This document shows, in pieces, positions 37,901 to 52,900 of a stretch of DNA of 64,000 nt. The position numbers and the translations under genes were made by a program. This DNA comes from Eledone cirrhosa. Taxonomy: Eukaryota. The notes below the pieces were generated by a model. The model saw only the letters and a list, made by a program, of their open reading frames with translations. It was not told the DNA's origin and did not search any database. Location: assembly GCA_964016885.1 (NCBI GenBank), contig OZ024742.1:620001-684000 (forward strand). The letters run 5' to 3'. The first letter of the stretch is position 1, and each line of letters opens with the position of its first letter.

Positions 37901-40900
37901 TATCATGACACCAGCATGACCACTTTACAGTGAGGACAGGGTACTTTTTATCATGACACCAGCATGACCACTTTACAGTGGGGACTGGGTACTTTTTATT
38001 GTGGGACCAGCATGACCACTTTACAGTGGGGACAGGGTACCTTTTTTTTGTGGCACCAGCATGACCACTTTACAGTGGGGACAGGGTACTTTTTATTGTG
38101 GCACCAGCATGACCACTTTACAGTGGGGACTGGGTACTTTTTATTGTGGCACCAGCATGACCACTTTACAGTGGGGACAGGGTACTTTTTATCATGACAC
38201 CAGCATGACCACTTTACAGTGGGGTGTGGGTACTTTTTATCATGACACCAGCATGACCACTTTACAGTGGGGAGTGGGTACTTTTTATCATGACACCAGC
38301 ATGAACACTTTACAGTGGGGACTGGGTACTTTTTATTGTGGCACCAGCATGTCCACTTTACAGTAGGGACTGGGTACTTTTTATTGTGGCACCAGCATGA
38401 CCATTTTACAGTAGGGACTGGGGACTTTTTATTGTGGCACCAGCATGGCCACTTTACTGTGGGGACAGGGTACTTTTTATCATGACACCAGCATGACCAC
38501 TTTACAGTGGGGAGTGGGTACTTTTTATCATGACACCAGCATGACCACTTTACAGTGGGGAGTGGGTACTTTTTATCATGACACCAGCATGACCACTTTA
38601 CAGTGGGGACAGGGTACTTTTTATCATGACACCAACATGACCACTTTACAGTGGAGACTGGGGACTTTTTATCATGACACCAGCATGACCACTTTACAGT
38701 GGGGACTGGGGACTTTTTATTGAGGCACCAGCATGACCACTTTACAGTGGGGACTGGGGACTTTTTATCATGACACCAGCATGACCACTTTACAGTGGGG
38801 ACTGGGGACTTTTTATTGTGGTACCAGCATGACCACTTTACAGTGGGGATGGGTACTTTTTGTCATGACACCAGCATGACCACTTTACAGTGGGGACTGG
38901 GTACTTTTTATTGTGGCACCAGCATGACCACTTTACAGTGGGGACTGGGGACTTTTTATCATGACACCAGCATGACCACTTTACAGTGGGGACTGGGGAC
39001 TTTTTATTGTGGCACCAGCATGACCACTTTACAGTGGGGACTGGGGACTTTTTATCATGACACCAGCATGACCACTTTACAGTGGGGACTGGGGACTTTT
39101 TATCATGACACCAGCATGACCACTTTACAGTGGGGACTGGGTACATTTTATTGTGGCACCAGCATGACCACTTTACAGTGGGGACTGGGGACTTTTTATC
39201 ATGACACCAGCATGACCACTTTACAGTGGGGACTGGGTACTTTTTATTGTGGCACCAGCATGACCACTTTACAGTGGCGACTGGGAACTTTTTATCATGA
39301 CACCAGCATGACCACTTTACAGTGGGGACTGGGGACTTTTTATCATGACACCAGCATGACCACTTTACAGTGGGGACTGGGGACTTTTTATTGTGGCACC
39401 AGCATGACCACTTTACAGTGGCGACTGGGGACTTTTTATCATGACACCAGCATGACCACTTTACAGTGGGGACTGGGGACTTTTTATCATGACACCAGCA
39501 TGACCACTTTACGGTAGGGACTGGGGACTTTTTATTGTGGCACCAGCATGACCACTTTACAGTGGTGACTGGGAACTTTTTATCATGACACCAGCATGAC
39601 CACTTTACAGTGGGGACTGGGGACTTTTTATCATGACACCAGCATGACCACTTTACAGTGGGGACTGGGGACTTTTTATCATGACATCAGCATGACCACT
39701 TTACAGTGGGGAGTGGGTACTTTTCATTGTGGGACCAGCATGACCACTTTGCAGTGGAGACTGGGTACCTCTTATTGTGGAACCACCATGACCACTTTAC
39801 AGTGGGGACTGGCTACTTTTTATTGTGGCACCAGCATGACCACTTTACAGTGGGGACTGGGGACTTTTTATTGTGGGACCAGCATGACCACTTTGCAGTG
39901 GAGACTGGGTACCTCTTATTGTGGAACCACCATGACCACTTTACAGTGGGGACTGGCTACTTTTTATTGTGGCACCAGCATGACCACTTTTCAGTGGGGA
40001 CTGGGGATTTTTATTGTGGCACCAGCATGACCACTTTACAGTGGGGACAGGGTATTTATTATTGTGGCACCAGCATGACCACTTTACAGTGGGGACTGGG
40101 TACTTTTTATTGTGGCACCAGCATGACCACTTTACAGTGGGGACTGGGTGCTTTTTATCATGGCACCAGCATGACCACTTTACAGTGGGGACTGGGTACT
40201 TTTTATCATGACACCAGCATGACCACTTTACAGTGGGGACTGGGTGCTTTTTATTGTGGCACCAGCATGACCACTTTACAGTGGGGACTGGGTACTTTTT
40301 ATCATGACACCACCATGACCACTTTACAGTGGGGACTGGTTCCTTTTTATTGTGACACCAGCATGACCACTTTACAGTGGCGACTGGGTCATTTTTAATT
40401 GTCACCAGCATGACCACTTTACAGTGGGGACTGGTTACTTTTTATTGTGACACCAGCATGACCACTTTACAGTGGGGACTGAGTACTTTTTATTGTGGCA
40501 CCAGCATGACCACTTTACAGTAGGGACTGGGTGCTTTTTATTGTGGCACCAGCATGACCACTTTACAGTGGGGACTGGGTACCTTTTATCATGACACCAC
40601 CATGACCACTTTACAGTGGGGACTGGTTACTTTTTATTGTGACACCAGCATGACCACTTTACAGTGGGGACTGGTTACTTTTTATTGTGACACCAGCATG
40701 ACCACTTTACAGTGGGGACTGGTTACTTTTTATTGTGACACCAGCATGACCACTTTACAGTGGGGACTGGTTGCTTTTTATTGTGACACCAGCATGACCA
40801 CTTTACAGTGGCGACTGGGTGATTTTTTATTGTGTCACCAGCATGACCACTTTTCAGTGGGGACTGGGGACTTTTTATTGTGGGACCAGCATGACCACTT

Positions 40901-43900
40901 TACAGTGGGGACTGGGTACTTTTTATTGTGGCACCAGCATGATCACTTTACAGTAGGGACTGGTTACTTTTGATCATGACACCAGCATAACGACTTTACA
41001 GTTGGCATTGGGTACATGTTATTGTGGGTCCAGCATGAGTACTTTTACAGTGGGGACTGGGTACTTTTTATTGTGGCACCAGCATAACCACTTTACAGTG
41101 GAGACTGGGGACTTTTTATCATGACACCAGCATGACCACTTTACAGTGGGGACTGGGTACTTTTTATCATGACCACTTTATAATGGGGACCGGGTACTTT
41201 TTATGATGACCACTTTACAGTGGGGTCTGGGTACTTTTTATCATGACACCAACATGACCACTTTACAGTGGGGACTGGGGACTTTTTATTGTGGCACCAA
41301 CATGACCACTTTACAGTGGGGAGTGGGTACATTTTTTATTGTGGCACCAGCATGACCACTTTACAGTGGGGACTGGGTACTTTTTATCATGACACCAACA
41401 TGACCACTTTACAGTGTGGACTGGGTACTTTTTATCATGACACCAGCATGACCACTTTAGAGTGGGGACTGGGTACTTTTTATTGTGGCACCAGCATGAC
41501 CACTTTACAGTGGGGACTGGGTACTTTTTATTGTGGCACCAGGATGACCACTTTACAGTGGGGACTGAGTACTTTTTATTGTGGCACCAGCATGACCACT
41601 TTACAGTAGGGACTGGGTACTTTTTATTGTGGCACCAGCATGACCACTTTACAGTGGGGACTGGGTACTTTTTATTGTGGCACCAGCATGACCACTTTAC
41701 AGTGGGGAGTGGGTACTTTTTATCATGACACCAGCATGACCACTTTACAGTGGGGACTGGGGACTTTTTATTGTGGAACCAGCATGACCACTTTACAGTG
41801 GGGACTGGGGACTTTTTATCATGACACCAGCATGACCACTTTACAGTGGGGACTGGGGACTTTTTATCATGACACCAGCATGACCACTTTACAGTAGGGA
41901 CTGGGGACTTTTTATTGTGGCACCAGCATGACCACTTTACAGTGGGGACTGGGAACTTTTTATCATGACACCAGCATGACCACTTTACAGTGGGGACTGG
42001 GGACTTTTTATCATGACACTAGCATGACCACTTTACAGTGGGGACTGGGTACTTTTTATCATGACACCAGCATGACCACTTTACAGTGGGGAGTGGGTAC
42101 TTTTTATTGTGGGACCAGCATGACCACTTTGCAGTGGAGACTGGGTACCTCTTATTGTGGAACCACCATGACCACTTTACAGTGGGGACTGGGGACTTTT
42201 TATTGTGGCACCAGCATGACCACTTTACAGTGGGGACTGGGTACTTTTTATCATGACACCACCATGACCACTTTACAGTGGGGACTGGTTACTTTTTATT
42301 GTGACACCAGCATGACCACTTTACAGTGGGGACTGGTTACTTTTTATTGTGACACCAGCATGACCACTTTACAGTGGGGACTGGTTACTTTTTATTGTGA
42401 CACCAGCATGACCACTTTACAGTGGCGACTGGGTCATTTTTAATTGTCACCAGCATGACCACTTTACAGTGGGGACTGGTTACTTTTTATTGTGACACCA
42501 GCATGACCACTTTACAGTGGGGACTGGTTACTTTTTATCATGACACCAGCATGACCACTTTACAGTGGGGACTGGGTGATTTTTATTGTGGCACCAGCAT
42601 GACCACTTTACAGCGGGGACAGGGTACTTTTTATCATGACACCAGCATGACCACTTTACAGTGAGGACAGGGTACTTTTTATCATGACACCAGCATGACC
42701 ACTTTACAGTGGGGACTGGGTACTTTTTATTGTGGGACCAGCATGACCACTTTACAGTGGGGACAGGGTACCTTTTTTTTGTGGCACCAGCATGACCACT
42801 TTACAGTGGGGACAGGGTACTTTTTATTGTGGCACCAGCATGACCACTTTACAGTGGGGACTGGGTACTTTTTATTGTGGCACCAGCATGACCACTTTAC
42901 AGTGGGGACAGGGTACTTTTTATCATGACACCAGCATGACCACTTTACAGTGGGGTGTGGGTACTTTTTATCATGACACCAGCATGACCACTTTACAGTG
43001 GGGAGTGGGTACTTTTTATCATGACACCAGCATGAACACTTTACAGTGGGGACTGGGTACTTTTTATTGTGGCACCAGCATGTCCACTTTACAGTAGGGA
43101 CTGGGTACTTTTTATTGTGGCACCAGCATGACCATTTTACAGTAGGGACTGGGGACTTTTTATTGTGGCACCAGCATGGCCACTTTACTGTGGGGACAGG
43201 GTACTTTTTATCATGACACCAGCATGACCACTTTACAGTGGGGAGTGGGTACTTTTTATCATGACACCAGCATGACCACTTTACAGTGGGGAGTGGGTAC
43301 TTTTTATCATGACACCAGCATGACCACTTTACAGTGGGGACAGGGTACTTTTTATCATGACACCAACATGACCACTTTACAGTGGAGACTGGGGACTTTT
43401 TATCATGACACCAGCATGACCACTTTACAGTGGGGACTGGGTACTTTTTATTGAGGCACCAGCATGACCACTTTACAGTGGGGACTGGGGACTTTTTATC
43501 ATGACACCAGCATGACCACTTTACAGTGGGGACTGGGGACTTTTTATTGTGGCACCAGCATGACCACTTTACAGTGGGGACTGGGTACTTTTTATTGTGG
43601 CACCAGGATGACCACTTTACAGTGGGGACTGAGTACTTTTTATTGTGGCACCAGCATGACCACTTTACAGTAGGGACTGGGTACTTTTTATTGTGGCACC
43701 AGCATGACCACTTTACAGTGGGGACTGGGTACTTTTTATTGTGGCACCAGCATGACCACTTTACAGTGGGGAGTGGGTACTTTTTATCATGACACCAGCA
43801 TGACCACTTTACAGTGGGGACTGGGGACTTTTTATTGTGGAACCAGCATGACCACTTTACAGTGGGGACTGGGGACTTTTTATCATGACACCAGCATGAC

Positions 43901-46900
43901 CACTTTACAGTGGGGACTGGGGACTTTTTATCATGACACCAGCATGACCACTTTACAGTAGGGACTGGGGACTTTTTATTGTGGCACCAGCATGACCACT
44001 TTACAGTGGGGACTGGGAACTTTTTATCATGACACCAGCATGACCACTTTACAGTGGGGACTGGGGACTTTTTATCATGACACTAGCATGACCACTTTAC
44101 AGTGGGGACTGGGTACTTTTTATCATGACACCAGCATGACCACTTTACAGTGGGGAGTGGGTACTTTTTATTGTGGGACCAGCATGACCACTTTGCAGTG
44201 GAGACTGGGTACCTCTTATTGTGGAACCACCATGACCACTTTACAGTGGGGACTGGGGACTTTTTATTGTGGCACCAGCATGACCACTTTACAGTGGGGA
44301 CTGGGTACTTTTTATCATGACACCACCATGACCACTTTACAGTGGGGACTGGTTACTTTTTATTGTGACACCAGCATGACCACTTTACAGTGGGGACTGG
44401 TTACTTTTTATTGTGACACCAGCATGACCACTTTACAGTGGGGACTGGTTACTTTTTATTGTGACACCAGCATGACCACTTTACAGTGGCGACTGGGTCA
44501 TTTTTAATTGTCACCAGCATGACCACTTTACAGTGGGGACTGGTTACTTTTTATTGTGACACCAGCATGACCACTTTACAGTGGGGACTGGTTACTTTTT
44601 ATCATGACACCAGCATGACCACTTTACAGTGGGGACTGGGTGATTTTTATTGTGGCACCAGCATGACCACTTTACAGCGGGGACAGGGTACTTTTTATCA
44701 TGACACCAGCATGACCACTTTACAGTGAGGACAGGGTACTTTTTATCATGACACCAGCATGACCACTTTACAGTGGGGACTGGGTACTTTTTATTGTGGG
44801 ACCAGCATGACCACTTTACAGTGGGGACAGGGTACCTTTTTTTTGTGGCACCAGCATGACCACTTTACAGTGGGGACAGGGTACTTTTTATTGTGGCACC
44901 AGCATGACCACTTTACAGTGGGGACTGGGTACTTTTTATTGTGGCACCAGCATGACCACTTTACAGTGGGGACAGGGTACTTTTTATCATGACACCAGCA
45001 TGACCACTTTACAGTGGGGTGTGGGTACTTTTTATCATGACACCAGCATGACCACTTTACAGTGGGGAGTGGGTACTTTTTATCATGACACCAGCATGAA
45101 CACTTTACAGTGGGGACTGGGTACTTTTTATTGTGGCACCAGCATGTCCACTTTACAGTAGGGACTGGGTACTTTTTATTGTGGCACCAGCATGACCATT
45201 TTACAGTAGGGACTGGGGACTTTTTATTGTGGCACCAGCATGGCCACTTTACTGTGGGGACAGGGTACTTTTTATCATGACACCAGCATGACCACTTTAC
45301 AGTGGGGAGTGGGTACTTTTTATCATGACACCAGCATGACCACTTTACAGTGGGGAGTGGGTACTTTTTATCATGACACCAGCATGACCACTTTACAGTG
45401 GGGACAGGGTACTTTTTATCATGACACCAACATGACCACTTTACAGTGGAGACTGGGGACTTTTTATCATGACACCAGCATGACCACTTTACAGTGGGGA
45501 CTGGGGACTTTTTATTGAGGCACCAGCATGACCACTTTACAGTGGGGACTGGGGACTTTTTATCATGACACCAGCATGACCACTTTACAGTGGGGACTGG
45601 GGACTTTTTATTGTGGCACCAGCATGACCACTTTACAGTGGGGATGGGTACTTTTTGTCATGACACCAGCATGACCACTTTACAGTGGGGACTGGGTACT
45701 TTTTATTGTGGCACCAGCATGACCACTTTACAGTGGGGACTGGAGACTTTTTATCATGACACCAGCATGACCACTTTACAGTGGGGACTGGGGACTTTTT
45801 ATTGTGGCACCAGCATGACCACTTTACAGTGGGGACTGGGGACTTTTTATCATGACACCAGCATGACCACTTTACAGTGGGGACTGGGGACTTTTTATCA
45901 TGACACCAGCATGACCACTTTACAGTGGGGACTGGGTACATTTTATTGTGGCACCAGCATGACCACTTTACAGTGGGGACTGGGGACTTTTTATCATGAC
46001 ACCAGCATGACCACTTTACAGTGGGGACTGGGTACTTTTTATTGTGGCACCAGCATGACCACTTTACAGTGGCGACTGGGAACTTTTTATCATGACACCA
46101 GCATGACCACTTTACAGTGGGGACTGGGGACTTTTTATCATGACACCAGCATGACCACTTTACAGTGGTGACTGGGGACTTTTTATTGTGGCACCAGCAT
46201 GACCACTATACAGTGGCGACTGGGGACTTTTTATCATGACACCAGCATGACCACTTTACAGTGGGGACTGGGGACTTTTTATCATGACACCAGCATGACC
46301 ACTTTACAGTAGGGACTGGGGACTTTTTATTGTGGCACCAGCATGACCACTTTACAGTGGTGACTGGGAACTTTTTATCATGACACCAGCATGACCACTT
46401 TACAGTGGGGACTGGGGACTTTTTATCATGACACCAGCATGACCACTTTACAGTGGGGACTGGGGACTTTTTATCATGACATCAGCATGACCACTTTACA
46501 GTGGGGAGTGGGTACTTTTCATTGTGGGACCAGCATGACCACTTTGCAGTGGAGACTGGGTACCTCTTATTGTGGAACCACCATGACCACTTTACAGTGG
46601 GGACTGGCTACTTTTTATTGTGGCACCAGCATGACCACTTTACAGTGGGGACTGGGGACTTTTTATTGTGGGACCAGCATGACCACTTTGCAGTGGAGAC
46701 TGGGTACCTCTTATTGTGGAACCACCATGACCACTTTACAGTGGGGACTGGCTACTTTTTATTGTGGCACCAGCATGACCACTTTTCAGTGGGGACTGGG
46801 GATTTTTATTGTGGCACCAGCATGACCACTTTACAGTGGGGACAGGGTATTTATTATTGTGGCACCAGCATGACCACTTTACAGTGGGGACTGGGTACTT

Positions 46901-49900
46901 TTTATTGTGGCACCAGCATGACCACTTTACAGTGGGGACTGGGTGCTTTTTATCATGGCACCAGCATGACCACTTTACAGTGGGGACTGGGTACTTTTTA
47001 TCATGACACCAGCATGACCACTATACAGTGGGGACTGGGTGCTTTTTATTGTGGCACCAGCATGACCACTTTACAGTGGGGACTGGGTACTTTTTATCAT
47101 GACACCACCATGACCACTTTACAGTGGGGACTGGTTCCTTTTTATTGTGACACCAGCATGACCACTTTACAGTGGCGACTGGGTCATTTTTAATTGTCAC
47201 CAGCATGACCACTTTACAGTGGGGACTGGTTACTTTTTATTGTGACACCAGCATGACCACTTTACAGTGGGGACTGAGTACTTTTTATTGTGGCACCAGC
47301 ATGACCACTTTACAGTAGGGACTGGGTGCTTTTTATTGTGGCACCAGCATGACCACTTTACAGTGGGGACTGGGTACCTTTTATCATGACACCACCATGA
47401 CCACTTTACAGTGGGGACTGGTTACTTTTTATTGTGACACCAGCATGACCACTTTACAGTGGGGACTGGTTACTTTTTATTGTGACACCAGCATGACCAC
47501 TTTACAGTGGGGACTGGTTGCTTTTTATTGTGACACCAGCATGACCACTTTACAGTGGCGACTGGGTGATTTTTTATTGTGTCACCAGCATGACCACTTT
47601 TCAGTGGGGACTGGGGACTTTTTATTGTGGGACCAGCATGACCACTTTACAGTGGGGACTGGGTACTTTTTATTGTGGCACCAGCATGATCACTTTACAG
47701 TAGGGACTGGTTACTTTTGATCATGACACCAGCATAACGACTTTACAGTTGGCATTGGGTACATGTTATTGTGGGTCCAGCATGAGTACTTTTACAGTGG
47801 GGACTGGGTACTTTTTATTGTGGCACCAGCATAACCACTTTACAGTGGAGACTGGGGACTTTTTATCATGACACCAGCATGACCACTTTACAGTGGGGAC
47901 TGGGTACTTTTTATCATGACCACTTTATAATGGGGACCGGGTACTTTTTATGATGACCACTTTACAGTGGGGTCTGGGTACTTTTTATCATGACACCAAC
48001 ATGACCACTTTACAGTGGGGACTGGGGACTTTTTATTGTGGCACCAACATGACCACTTTACAGTGGGGAGTGGGTACATTTTTTATTGTGGCACCAGCAT
48101 GACCACTTTACAGTGGGGACTGGGTACTTTTTATCATGACACCAACATGACCACTTTACAGTGTGGACTGGGTACTTTTTATCATGACACCAGCATGACC
48201 ACTTTAGAGTGGGGACTGGGTACTTTTTATTGTGGCACCAGCATGACCACTTTACAGTGGGGACTGGGTACTTTTTATTGTGGCACCAGGATGACCACTT
48301 TACAGTGGGGACTGGGTACTTTTTATTGTGGCACCAGCATGACCACTTTACAGTGGGGAGTGGGTACTTTTTATCATGACACCAGCATGACCACTTTACA
48401 GTGGGGACTGGGGACTTTTTATTGTGGCACCAGCATGACCACTTTACAGTGGGGACTGGGGACTTTTTATCATGACACCAGCATGACCACTTTACAGTGG
48501 GGACTGGGGACTTTTTATCATGACACCAGCATGACCACTTTACAGTAGGGACTGGGGACTTTTTATTGTGGCACCAGCATGACCACTTTACAGTGGGGAC
48601 TGGGAACTTTTTATCATGACACCAGCATGACCACTTTACAGTGGGGACTGGGGACTTTTTATCATGACACCAGCATGACCACTTTACAGTGGGGACTGGG
48701 TACTTTTTATCATGACACCAGCATGACCACTTTACAGTGGGGAGTGGGTACTTTTTATTGTGGGACCAGCATGACCACTTTGCAGTGGAGACTGGGTACC
48801 TCTTATTGTGGAACCACCATGACCACTTTACAGTGGGGACTGGGGACTTTTTATTGTGGCACCAGCATGACCACTTTACAGTGGGGACTGGGTACTTTTT
48901 ATCATGACACCACCATGACCACTTTACAGTGGGGACTGGTTACTTTTTATTGTGACACCAGCATGACCACTTTACAGTGGGGACTGGTTACTTTTTATTG
49001 TGACACCAGCATGACCACTTTACAGTGGGGACTGGTTACTTTTTATTGTGACACCAGCATGACCACTTTACAGTGGCGACTGGGTCATTTTTAATTGTCA
49101 CCAGCATGACCACTTTACAGTGGGGACTGGTTACTTTTTATTGTGACACCAGCATGACCACTTTACAGTGGGGACTGGTTACTTTTTATCATGACACCAG
49201 CATGACCACTTTACAGTGGGGACTGGGTGATTTTTTATTGTGTCACCAGCATGACCACTTTTCAGTGGGGACTGGGGACTTTTTATTGTGGGACCAGCAT
49301 GACCACTTTACAGTGGGGACTGGGGACTTTTTATTGTGGCACCAACATGACCACTTTACAGTGGGGAGGGTACATTTTTTATTGTGGCACCAGCATGACC
49401 ACTTTACAGTGGGGACTGGGTACTTTTTATCATGACACCAACATGACCACTTTACAGTGTGGACTGGGTACTTTTTATCATGACACCAGCATGACCACTT
49501 TAGAGTGGGGACTGGGTACTTTTTATTGTGGCACCAGCATAACCACTTTACAGTGGGGACTGGGTACTTTTTATTGTGGCACCAGCATGACCACTTTACA
49601 GTGGGGACTGAGTACTTTTTATTGTGGCACCAGCATGACCACTTTACAGTAGGGACTGGGTGCTTTTTATTGTGGCACCAGCATGACCACTTTACAGTGG
49701 GGACTGGTTACTTTTTATTGTGACACCAGCATGACCACTTTACAGTGGGGACTGGTTACTTTTTATTGTGACACCAGCATGACCACTTTACAGTGGCGAC
49801 TGGGTCATTTTTAATTGTCACCAGCATGACCACTTTACAGTGGGGACTGGTTACTTTTTATTGTGACACCAGCATGACCACTTTACAGTGAGGACTGGTT

Positions 49901-52900
49901 ACTTTTTATCATGACACCAGCATGACCACTTTACAGTGGGGACTGGTTGCTTTTTATTGTGACACCAGCATGACCACGTTACAGTGGCGACTGGGTGATT
50001 TTTTATTGTGTCACCAGCATGACCACTTTTCAGTGGGGACTGGGGACTTTTTATTGTGGGACCAGCATGACCACTTTACAGTGGGGACTGGGTACTTTTT
50101 ATTGTGGCACCAGCATGATCACTTTACAGTAGGGACTGAGGACTTTTTATCGTGGCACCAGCATGACCACTTTACAGTGGGGACTGGTTACTTTTGATCA
50201 TGACACCAGCATAACGATTTTACAGTTGGCATTGGGTACATGTTATTGTGGGTCCAGCATGAGTACTTTTACAGTGGGGACTGGGTACTTTTTATTGTGG
50301 CACCAGCATAACCACTTTACAGTGGAGACTGGGGACTTTTTATCATGACACCAGCATGACCACTTTACAGTGGGGACTGGGTACTTTTTATCATGACCAC
50401 TTTATAATGGGGACCGGGTACTTTTTATGATGACCACTTTACAGTGGGGTCTGGGTACTTTTTATCATGACACCAACATGACCACTTTACAGTGGGGACT
50501 GGGGACTTTTTATTGTGGCACCAACATGACCACTTTACAGTGGGGAGTGGGTACATTTTTTATTGTGGCACCAGCATGACCACTTTACAGTGGGGACTGG
50601 GTACTTTTTATCATGACACCAACATGACCACTTTACAGTGTGGACTGGGTACTTTTTATCATGACACCAGCATGACCACTTTAGAGTGGGGACTGGGTAC
50701 TTTTTATTGTGGCACCAGCATGACCACTTTACAGTGGGGACTGGGTACTTTTTATTGTGGCACCAGGATGACCACTTTACAGTGGGGACTGAGTACTTTT
50801 TATTGTGGCACCAGCATGACCACTTTACAGTAGGGACTGGGTACTTTTTATTGTGGCACCAGCATGACCACTTTACAGTGGGGACTGGGTACTTTTTATT
50901 GTGGCACCAGCATGACCACTTTACAGTGGGGAGTGGGTACTTTTTATCATGACACCAGCATGACCACTTTACAGTGGGGACTGGGGACTTTTTATTGTGG
51001 CACCAGCATGACCACTTTACAGTGGGGACTGGGGACTTTTTATCATGACACCAGCATGACCACTTTACAGTGGGGACTGGGGACTTTTTATCATGACACC
51101 AGCATGACCACTTTATAGTAGGGACTGGGGACTTTTTATTGTGGCACCAGCATGACCACTTTACAGTGGGGACTGGGAACTTTTTATCATGACACCAGCA
51201 TGACCACTTTACAGTGGGGACTGGGGACTTTTTATCATGACACCAGCATGACCACTTTACAGTGGGGACTGGGTACTTTTTATCATGACACCAGCATGAC
51301 CACTTTACAGTGGGGAGTGGGTACTTTTTATTGTGGGACCAGCATGACCATTTTGCAGTGGAGACTGGGTACCTCTTATTGTGGAACCACCATGACCACT
51401 TTACAGTGGGGACTGGGGACTTTTTATTGTGGCACCAGCATGACCACTTTACAGTGGGGACTGGGTACTTTTTATCATGACACCACCATGACCACTTTAC
51501 AGTGGGGACTGGTTACTTTTTATTGTGACACCAGCATGACCACTTTACAGTGGGGACTGGTTACTTTTTATTGTGACACCAGCATGACCACTTTACAGTG
51601 GGGACTGGTTACTTTTTATTGTGACACCAGCATGACCACTTTACAGTGGCGACTGGGTCATTTTTAATTGTCAGCAGCATGACCACTTTACAGTGGGGAC
51701 TGGTTACTTTTTATTGTGACACCAGCATGACCACTTTACAGTGGGGACTGGTTACTTTTTATCATGACACCAGCATGACCACTTTACAGTGGGGACTGGG
51801 TGATTTTTTATTGTGTCACCAGCATGACCACTTTTCAGTGGGGACTGGGGACTTTTTATTGTGGGACCAGCATGACCACTTTACAGTGGGGACTGGGTAC
51901 TTTTTATTGTGGCACCAGCATGATCACTTTACAGTAGGGACTGAGGACTTTTTATCGTGGCACCAGCATGACCACTTTACAGTGGGGACTGGTTACTTTT
52001 GATCATGACACCAGCATAACGACTTTACAGTTGGCATTGGGTACATGTTATTGTGGGTCCAGCATGAGTACTTTTACAGTGGGGACTGGGTACTTTTTAT
52101 TGTGGCACCAGCATAACCACTTTACAGTGGAGACTGGGGACTTTTTATCATGACACCAGCATGACCACTTTACAGTGGGGACTGGGTACTTTTTATCATG
52201 ACCACTTTATAATGGGGACCGGGTACTTTTTATGATGACCACTTTACAGTGGGGTCTGGGTACTTTTTATCATGACACCAACATGACCACTTTACAGTGG
52301 GGACTGGGGACTTTTTATTGTGGCACCAACATGACCACTTTACAGTGGGGAGTGGGTACATTTTTTATTGTGGCACCAGCATGACCACTTTACAGTGGGG
52401 ACTGGGTACTTTTTATCATGACACCAACATGACCACTTTACAGTGTGGACTGGGTACTTTTTATCATGACACCAGCATGACCACTTTAGAGTGGGGACTG
52501 GGTACTTTTTATTGTGGCACCAGCATGACCACTTTACAGTGGGGACTGGGTACTTTTTATTGTGGCACCAGGATGACCACTTTACAGTGGGGACTGAGTA
52601 CTTTTTATTGTGGCACCAGCATGACCACTTTACAGTAGGGACTGGGTACTTTTTATTGTGGCACCAGCATGACCACTTTACAGTGGGGACTGGGTACTTT
52701 TTATTGTGGCACCAGCATGACCACTTTACAGTGGGGAGTGGGTACTTTTTATCATGACACCAGCATGACCACTTTACAGTGGGGACTGGGGACTTTTTAT
52801 TGTGGCACCAGCATGACCACTTTACAGTGGGGACTGGGGACTTTTTATCATGACACCAGCATGACCACTTTACAGTGGGGACTGGGGACTTTTTATCATG